Below are positions 28,490-34,186 of a stretch of DNA of 34,186 nucleotides, in pieces. Each line of letters begins with the position of its first letter. The stretch's first letter is position 1. Below the pieces are notes generated by a model. The model was not told the DNA's origin. It made no database searches and worked only from the letters and a program-made list of their open reading frames with translations. Origin of the DNA: Desulfobacterales bacterium (GTDB lineage Bacteria > Desulfobacterota > Desulfobulbia > Desulfobulbales > BM004); NCBI GenBank assembly GCA_012974315.1, contig JAAXQI010000033.1, positions 1 through 34,186 of the forward strand. The letters run 5' to 3'. The position numbers were made by a program, and so were the translations under genes.

Positions 28490-29383
28490 TCATTTCAATG
28501 CGACCGGTATCCTGGGGCCCGATTTACTGCCGATTGGAAGACCGGCAATTTCAAGGGTAATTGCATCAAACCTACACGCCTTGTCCATGCACTTCAGACA
28601 GGAAATACATTCTGCATTTTCCGGGGATTCATTGAATTTCACGCCCATGGGACAGACAGAGTGGCACTCCCCGCACTTGGTGCAATTTTCTTCAACAAGT
28701 CTGAGCTTTACCAGCTTAAGTTTTTTGAACAACGAATAAAATGCCCCTAGCGGGCAAGCTGTCCGGCAAAATGGCCTGCTGGCCAGAATGGACCAGATTA
28801 TAAAACCCACTAAAATGAACAGTTTATTATAAAAAATCGGACCAATAGTCCGTCCAAGTTCAGGCTGCAGCAGAAGCATAGGCAGGCCGGCTTCCAGGGT
28901 CCCGGCAGGACAGAAATACTTGCAGTACCATGGTTCTCCATACCCGAAAGCATCAACAGCTGTCAGGGGCAGGAGAATTACAAAGAAGATCAAAAAGAAA
29001 TATTTAATGTAGTTGAGTTTCTGCGGGATATTAAATTTTCTGGAGGGAATTTTATGGAGCAATTCCTGGATCAATCCGAAAGGACAGGCCCAGCCGCAAA
29101 TAAGCCGCCCGAAAACTCCGCCCAGAATCCCCATGGTCCCGATAACATACAGGCCAAAAAAATTCTGTCCGTTTTCCAGGGCAACCCGGATACCAGCCAT
29201 CATCTGCTGTAAAGAACCTATGGGGCAATATGTTGTTGCAGCAGGGCAGGAATAACAGTTCAAGCCGGGTGAGCAGACAACCTTTAACGGCCCCTGATAG
29301 ATGGTGCGTGTAAAAGGAAAAGACCATGAGCCATTCACCAGTAAGGCCATAATGGTCTGTATCCACTTTCTAATAACTTCCAT
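28490..29383 (-). CDS. Membrane 4Fe-4S binding protein (NapH/MauN-like, Fer4_5 family)
   Basis: CSPGLNCYSCP, GRLICGWACPFG, CKYFCPAG, RPFCRTACPLGA and two ferredoxin motifs (CTKCGECHSVCP; CISCLKCMDKAC); several TM helices. Confidence 0.92.
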   Translation of the reverse strand: MEVIRKWIQTIMALLVNGSWSFPFTRTIYQGPLKVVCSPGLNCYSCPAATTYCPIGSLQQMMAGIRVALENGQNFFGLYVIGTMGILGGVFGRLICGWACPFGLIQELLHKIPSRKFNIPQKLNYIKYFFLIFFVILLPLTAVDAFGYGEPWYCKYFCPAGTLEAGLPMLLLQPELGRTIGPIFYNKLFILVGFIIWSILASRPFCRTACPLGAFYSLFKKLKLVKLRLVEENCTKCGECHSVCPMGVKFNESPENAECISCLKCMDKACRFDAITLEIAGLPIGSKSGPRIPVALK

Positions 29384-29547
29384 TATCCTATACCAATGCA
29401 GCTTAAGCAGACCTGGACTGCCTGCGCAAGAACCCTGCCCACTTCACCGTTCATAATGCCAATCATCCCCATAACTAGAAAAAACAGGATGGTGATAAAC
29501 GGAGCAACCCTTATGTTTTTAGTCTTTTCTTCTTTCTTCCTGGCCAT
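29383..29547 (-). CDS. Small membrane CxxC protein (CD1871A-like), not in the ORF track
   Basis: Manual translation MARKKEEKTKNIRVAPFITILFFLVMGMIGIMNGEVGRVLAQAVQVCLSCIGIG (54 aa): one TM helix and C-terminal CLSCIGIG. Its stop overlaps the next ATG (TAATG). Confidence 0.88.
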   Translation of the reverse strand: MARKKEEKTKNIRVAPFITILFFLVMGMIGIMNGEVGRVLAQAVQVCLSCIGIG

Positions 29548-29558
29548 TTCTTCAGAAC

Positions 29559-29870
29559 CTATTGCTGCATCTTTGCAAGCCGGTTAACTACTGATGCCTT
29601 TTTAGCACCGATTGAAACCTTTTTATCCCTTCGATCATCCAGGCTTATCTGGGTCACAACCCTATTGACGCCTTTAGAAAACGGGCTCTCGGATAATTGA
29701 GCAGCCAGCATTAAGAGATCCTCTGTGTTGCCTTCAATAATTGTACCCATGTCTGTCAGCTCGTAGGAAAAACCTGATTTCTCAAGAACTTTCTGAATAT
29801 CAGCTACATATTCACCTACGCTGGGAGAATTTGTGCCCAACGGTATAATTGTAAGGTGCATTAAAGCCAT
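29559..29870 (-). CDS. MTH1187/YkoF-like thiamine-binding family protein
   Basis: IIPLGT.SPSVGEYVA, YELTDMGTIIEG, RVVT.I..DDRRDK; GGAGG RBS. Confidence 0.9.
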   Translation of the reverse strand: MALMHLTIIPLGTNSPSVGEYVADIQKVLEKSGFSYELTDMGTIIEGNTEDLLMLAAQLSESPFSKGVNRVVTQISLDDRRDKKVSIGAKKASVVNRLAKMQQ

Positions 29871-30090
29871 TTTCCCCTCCAGAAAGATTTCGTCGCTGCC
29901 AACAATTTCTTCATCAATTACTTAATAGCGACAGCATAAAAATGCAAGAAACAAGAAGTCTTCGGCTCGCTATCTACTGCTTTATACCCATCAATAATTT
30001 AATCTTTTTGATTTTATCCGCTTACAATGGTAGAGAAAAACAACTATTGCTTTAATATATTGTTGCCTACTTAATTCCTGGAGTGTCCCC

Positions 30091-31749
30091 ATGGCATATT
30101 CAACAGACTTCCTGATCATCGGCACCGGCATTTCCGGGCTGTCATTTGCCTTGAAAGCAGCAAAAATCGGCAAAGTTACAATTGTCACCAAAAAGGCAAA
30201 AGTTGATACTGCAACCAACCTTGCCCAGGGTGGAATTGCAGCGGTCCTCTCTGAAGAGGATTCCTTTGATCTGCATATTATGGATACACTGCGCTCCGGA
30301 GCCGGACTGTGCAAAGAAGAAGTGGTCCGCATGGTGGTTGAAAACGGCCCTGACCGCGTGCAGGAACTCCTTGACATCGGGGTGCATTTCAAAACCAGGA
30401 CACATGATACCCCGCTTCTTGACCTGGGGCGTGAGGGTGGCCACTCAGCACGCCGTATCGCCCATGCATTGGATCTTACCGGACGAGAGATAGAAAACGC
30501 ACTGCTGCAAAAGGTTGCCGAGACTCCCAACATTCGTTTACTTGAGAACCACCTCGCCGTTGACCTGTTAATTGGATCCAAAGCCGGGGTAAAACCATCT
30601 GAAAACCGTTTTGATGACCTCTGTCTTGGCGCCTATGTTCTTGATCGGGAAAGCGGCAAGATCGATAACTGGCGGGCAAAGGTAACAATTCTCTGCTCAG
30701 GCGGTTGCGGCAAGGTATATCTTTATACGACAAATCCGGATATTGCCACAGGTGACGGAATTGCCATGGCTTACCGGGCCGGTGCCAGGGTCGCCAACCT
30801 GGAATTCGTCCAATTTCATCCGACATGTCTTTATCACCCCAAGGCAAAAAATTTCCTGATTTCAGAGGCAGTCCGGGGTGAAGGCGGTCGATTGATTGAC
30901 GAAAAAGGGTTCCATTTCATGGAGAAATATGACCCCGGGGGAGACCTTGCAACCAGGGATACTGTTGCCAGGGCAATTGATACCGAGATGAAGGGTAGTG
31001 GCGATGACTGTGTCTATCTTGATATCAGCCATAAGGACGCAGATTTTATCAAAAGCAGATTTCCCAACATCTATCAAACCTGTTTTTCATACGGTATTGA
31101 CATCACAAAGGAACCAATCCCGGTTGTCCCGGCCGCCCATTACATGTGCGGAGGAGTCCTGACTGATATGTGGGGCAGGACAAATATTGAAAACCTCTTT
31201 GCCCTTGGTGAAACAGCCTGTACGGGTTTGCATGGCGGCAACCGCTTAGCCAGCAACTCCCTGCTTGAAGCTGTCGTTTTTGCACACCAGGCCTATCTGG
31301 TATGTGATCAGGAAAAAGACATAATCCTAGGTACTCCATTCCATGATTCCCCGGAATGGTCAACAGGCAAGGCAAGGATGATTAATGAAAACGTGTTAAT
31401 CACCCATAACTGGGACCAGATCCGGCGCCTTATGTGGAACTATGTCGGGATTGTGCGGAGCGAAAAACGCCTTAATCTGGTCAAAAAGCGATTGGCTCCA
31501 ATACTCAAGGAAATAGCGCAACATTTCAGGGATTACTTCCTGACCCCTGACCTTGTTGAATTGCGTAATATTGCCCTGGTGGCTGAACTCATTGTACAAA
31601 GCAGCATTCACCGCAAAGAGTCCAGAGGACTTCATGCCATTACTGAATATCCCGCACAGGATGACAAGAACTGGCTCCATGACACCATCCTGTCCCGTAG
31701 CGACAAAACAATACAATCATCTCTCCTGGGCCCTGATGAGCATGAATAA
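30091..31749 (+). CDS. nadB: L-aspartate oxidase
   Basis: IIGTGISG, AQGGIAAV, REGGHSARRI, QFHPT, LISEAVRGEG, PAAHYMCGG, GLHGGNRLASNSLLE, ESRGLH. Confidence 0.97.
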   Translation: MAYSTDFLIIGTGISGLSFALKAAKIGKVTIVTKKAKVDTATNLAQGGIAAVLSEEDSFDLHIMDTLRSGAGLCKEEVVRMVVENGPDRVQELLDIGVHFKTRTHDTPLLDLGREGGHSARRIAHALDLTGREIENALLQKVAETPNIRLLENHLAVDLLIGSKAGVKPSENRFDDLCLGAYVLDRESGKIDNWRAKVTILCSGGCGKVYLYTTNPDIATGDGIAMAYRAGARVANLEFVQFHPTCLYHPKAKNFLISEAVRGEGGRLIDEKGFHFMEKYDPGGDLATRDTVARAIDTEMKGSGDDCVYLDISHKDADFIKSRFPNIYQTCFSYGIDITKEPIPVVPAAHYMCGGVLTDMWGRTNIENLFALGETACTGLHGGNRLASNSLLEAVVFAHQAYLVCDQEKDIILGTPFHDSPEWSTGKARMINENVLITHNWDQIRRLMWNYVGIVRSEKRLNLVKKRLAPILKEIAQHFRDYFLTPDLVELRNIALVAELIVQSSIHRKESRGLHAITEYPAQDDKNWLHDTILSRSDKTIQSSLLGPDEHE

Positions 31750-32584
31750 GCCCCCTAAAGGGGACAAGCCCCCTGGCGAGGATAAACACCCTAAAGGGCA
31801 TAAACCCTCTGGCAAGGACACGTCAGCATACCTGGAACCAGCCGAAAACATTCTTGTTTTCCCGGGTTTTTCCTCTTCCTGCCTTTTTCATGGGACATTC
31901 AACCGGCATGGCGGCGTCAGCCCGTCTCCATGGAATTCTAATAATGTTTCCTTCGGACTTGGCGACAATTCTGAAAATATATATGCCAACAGAAAACAAA
32001 TAAAAACAGCTCTTGGCTGCAAGCGCCTTGTCTCTGCAAAACAGATTCACGGTTCCCGGGTGCATACTGTTGATGAAAGCCCGGCGGACGACCTGGAAAT
32101 CCATGGATTTGATGGACTGATCACCAATGTACCAGGCATAGGTTTAATGATCCAACAGGCTGACTGCCAAGCTGTTCTGCTGTTTGATCCTGCAAAAAAA
32201 GCTATTGGTATTGCCCATGTGGGCTGGCGGGGAACCGTGGCAGATATCATTGCTGAGACGGTTTTTTCCATGGGTCAGGAATTTTCAACAGAGCCGACTG
32301 ATATAATAGCGGCCATAAGTCCTTCTCTGGGACCATGTTGTGCGGAGTTTATCAATTTTCGCTCTGAACTTCCAGAAGCGCTGCATGGCTATCAGGTTCG
32401 GGCCAACTATTTTGATTTCTGGGCAATAAGCCGCGACCAACTCTGTGGAGTTGGTGTCAGGCCGGAAAATATCCAGGCCGCTGGTATTTGCACCTGCTGC
32501 AATCAGGATTTTTTTTCTTATCGCAGAGACAGGGATACCGGACGCTTTGCGTCTGTGATTGGGGTGAAAAAGACTGAAGACTGA
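31742..32584 (+). CDS. pgeF: PgeF/YfiH family (purine nucleoside phosphorylase / peptidoglycan editing factor)
   Basis: QIHG, ADC, HVGWRG, SPSLGPCC, CTCC..DFFSYRR. Start placed at ATG 31742 (or 31736), overlapping the nadB stop; the ORF-track extension to 31553 lies inside nadB. Confidence 0.9.
   Translation: MNKPPKGDKPPGEDKHPKGHKPSGKDTSAYLEPAENILVFPGFSSSCLFHGTFNRHGGVSPSPWNSNNVSFGLGDNSENIYANRKQIKTALGCKRLVSAKQIHGSRVHTVDESPADDLEIHGFDGLITNVPGIGLMIQQADCQAVLLFDPAKKAIGIAHVGWRGTVADIIAETVFSMGQEFSTEPTDIIAAISPSLGPCCAEFINFRSELPEALHGYQVRANYFDFWAISRDQLCGVGVRPENIQAAGICTCCNQDFFSYRRDRDTGRFASVIGVKKTED
31748..31819 (+). repeat. Degenerate 18-bp x4 (36-bp x2) repeat with palindromes at the 5' end of pgeF
   Basis: AAGCCCCCTAAAGGGGAC / AAGCCCCCTGGCGAGGAT / AAACACCCTAAAGGGCAT / AAACCCTCTGGCAAGGAC. 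Confidence 0.75.
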
Positions 32585-32607
32585 AGACTGAAGACTGAAG
32601 ACTGAAG
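32570..32607 (+). repeat. Heptamer tandem repeat (AAGACTG)x5 spanning the pgeF stop codon
   Basis: Five perfect copies at 32570-32604 plus a partial copy. Confidence 0.95.
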
Positions 32608-32701
32608 AAGAAATTTTAATCAATTGAAAATACAGAACAAACACCTTTTTTAGTTTTTCACCTTTTCACGCAGCTGAACAAAAAAAATTATTAAACAAGG
32701 T

Positions 32702-34081
32702 TTGGAACATAAGGTGTCAAAAAGTCCACGTTACATTGCCATTGAAATTCTCTGCAACTGGGAAGAAAACCGTCTGCCTGTTGATCAGATAATGGAGAAA
32801 TGTTTTTCCAGCATGATCCTTGATGATCCGCGTGATCGACAATTGTCTATGTCCCTGGTATATGGCGTTATCCGCTGGCAGGGATATCTGGATTGGGTGC
32901 TTGGTGATTTTTCCAAACATCCTCTGAACAAAATGAAAAGCCGAACCCTGCAGGCACTCAGGGTTGGCCTTTTCCAGCTGCTTTTTCTGGACCGTATCCC
33001 TCCATCTGCTGCAATCAACGAAACTGTCCAGGCCCTAAAAGACATGAAGCAGCCAAAATGGCTGACCGGATTTGTCAACGGAATTTTACGCAGCGTCGAA
33101 CGACAGCGCCAAAACCTTCCTACCCCTTTTAATAACATGCCACTCCCGGAATCTGCCCTGCTGAGCCACCCGGAATGGCTTATACAGCGATGGAAAACCC
33201 GTTACGGAAACCCATTGACTACCACAATATGCCGGGAGAACAACACAATTGCACCACTCTGCTTGCGGACCAATACATCTCTTACCTCAACAGAGACCTT
33301 ACTGAAAAAATTTAAAAAAGCAGGTCTGGATGCAGCGCCTGGCAAGTTCAGCCCATTAGCTATCAAACTTGTGGATTATCACGGGCCTGTTGTAAATATT
33401 CCCGGATTTGGAGAAGGACTGTTTCAGGTGCAGGACGAGGCAGCACAGCTGATTACTCTACTGCTTGGTCCACTACAGAAGGAAAAATCTTACCTTGACG
33501 GTTGTGCAGGCCTGGGAGGCAAAACATCTCACCTGGCCCAGATGTTGCCAGCAGAAAGCATACTGATTGCCATTGAACCCAATAAAGGACGCGTAAAAAA
33601 ACTCAAGGAAAACCTTGCCCGCTTGCGGCTCGACACTTCAGTGACTATTGTTGAGGATACGATTGGCTCTCTTCTGCCTGTTATGAAAGAAAAATTTGAT
33701 GGGGTGCTGATAGACGCCCCCTGTTCAGGCCTGGGAGTTATCAGGCGGCACCCGGATATACGCTGGAACAGGACCCCTGAAGACCTGCTGCGTTACCAGG
33801 AAATACAATCTGCCATACTCGACAGCGCGGCTCAACTTCTGGCTTCTGGAGGAACACTGGTCTATGCTACCTGCAGCACAGAACCAGAGGAAAACGAAGA
33901 GGTAGTTCAAAATTTTCTTGCTCAAAATCCCCGGTTTATATTGTCAAACTGCAGAGATGTATTGCCTGGAAATGGAGCTTCACTTGTTGATAGTACGGGG
34001 GTTTTTCGGACCCTGCCGGGCCAGGACGACCTGGACGGATTCTTTGGAGCAAGGCTAATTAAAAAATATAGTGCATCTTAA
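32702..34081 (+). CDS. rsmB: 16S rRNA (cytosine967-C5)-methyltransferase
   Basis: N-terminal NusB-like domain (LVYGVIR, AINETV, FVNGILR); SHPEWL, QVQDEA, CAGLGGKT, DAPCSGLG, YATCS. Start TTG 32702 or GTG 32714. Confidence 0.96.
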   Translation: MEHKVSKSPRYIAIEILCNWEENRLPVDQIMEKCFSSMILDDPRDRQLSMSLVYGVIRWQGYLDWVLGDFSKHPLNKMKSRTLQALRVGLFQLLFLDRIPPSAAINETVQALKDMKQPKWLTGFVNGILRSVERQRQNLPTPFNNMPLPESALLSHPEWLIQRWKTRYGNPLTTTICRENNTIAPLCLRTNTSLTSTETLLKKFKKAGLDAAPGKFSPLAIKLVDYHGPVVNIPGFGEGLFQVQDEAAQLITLLLGPLQKEKSYLDGCAGLGGKTSHLAQMLPAESILIAIEPNKGRVKKLKENLARLRLDTSVTIVEDTIGSLLPVMKEKFDGVLIDAPCSGLGVIRRHPDIRWNRTPEDLLRYQEIQSAILDSAAQLLASGGTLVYATCSTEPEENEEVVQNFLAQNPRFILSNCRDVLPGNGASLVDSTGVFRTLPGQDDLDGFFGARLIKKYSAS

Positions 34082-34186
34082 GCAAACTCAGCAAAGTTCC
34101 TCTTGGGGCCTTGGTATACTGGAATGACGAATTTTTTTGAGCAATAAGATTCTTTCAAGGCTGTAATCCAGTAACAGTCGAGGAAA

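Noticed and set aside
31553-31735. N-terminal extension of pgeF in the ORF track
   Set aside because: It overlaps the nadB coding sequence in another frame; the ATGs at the nadB stop are more plausible starts.
34078-34186. 3' end of a convergent minus-strand gene at the window edge
   Set aside because: Two frames are open over about 100 nt and neither is recognisable, so no call can be supported.

Overview
A core-genome window from a sulfur-metabolising Desulfobacterota bacterium; the DsrAB sequence style suggests Desulfobulbales. In order it contains: metK-ahcY and an uncharacterised 391-aa protein with kinase-like motifs; birA; a reductive-type dsrABD operon with a clear sigma70 promoter and terminator; an RND pump and its adaptor; pgi, rpe and an M16 peptidase; a SAM-dependent methyltransferase; a Zn-ribbon/ExeA/GspB/lytic transglycosylase/MORN cluster; an Mrr-like protein with a degenerate active site; a hypothetical protein and serA; an alanine dehydrogenase gene broken by an internal deletion; a composite palindromic/tandem repeat; an SH3-domain protein; a three-gene MTH1187/small CxxC protein/membrane Fe-S protein unit whose 54-aa member is missing from the ORF track; and nadB-pgeF-rsmB. 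I found no rRNA, tRNA, CRISPR array or transposase. The best leads are the kinase-like protein after the SAM-cycle genes, the putative repressor site and alternative hairpins in the dsrA leader, the apparently disarmed Mrr, the small CxxC redox unit and several small palindromic elements. All calls come from reading motifs by eye; no database searches were run.
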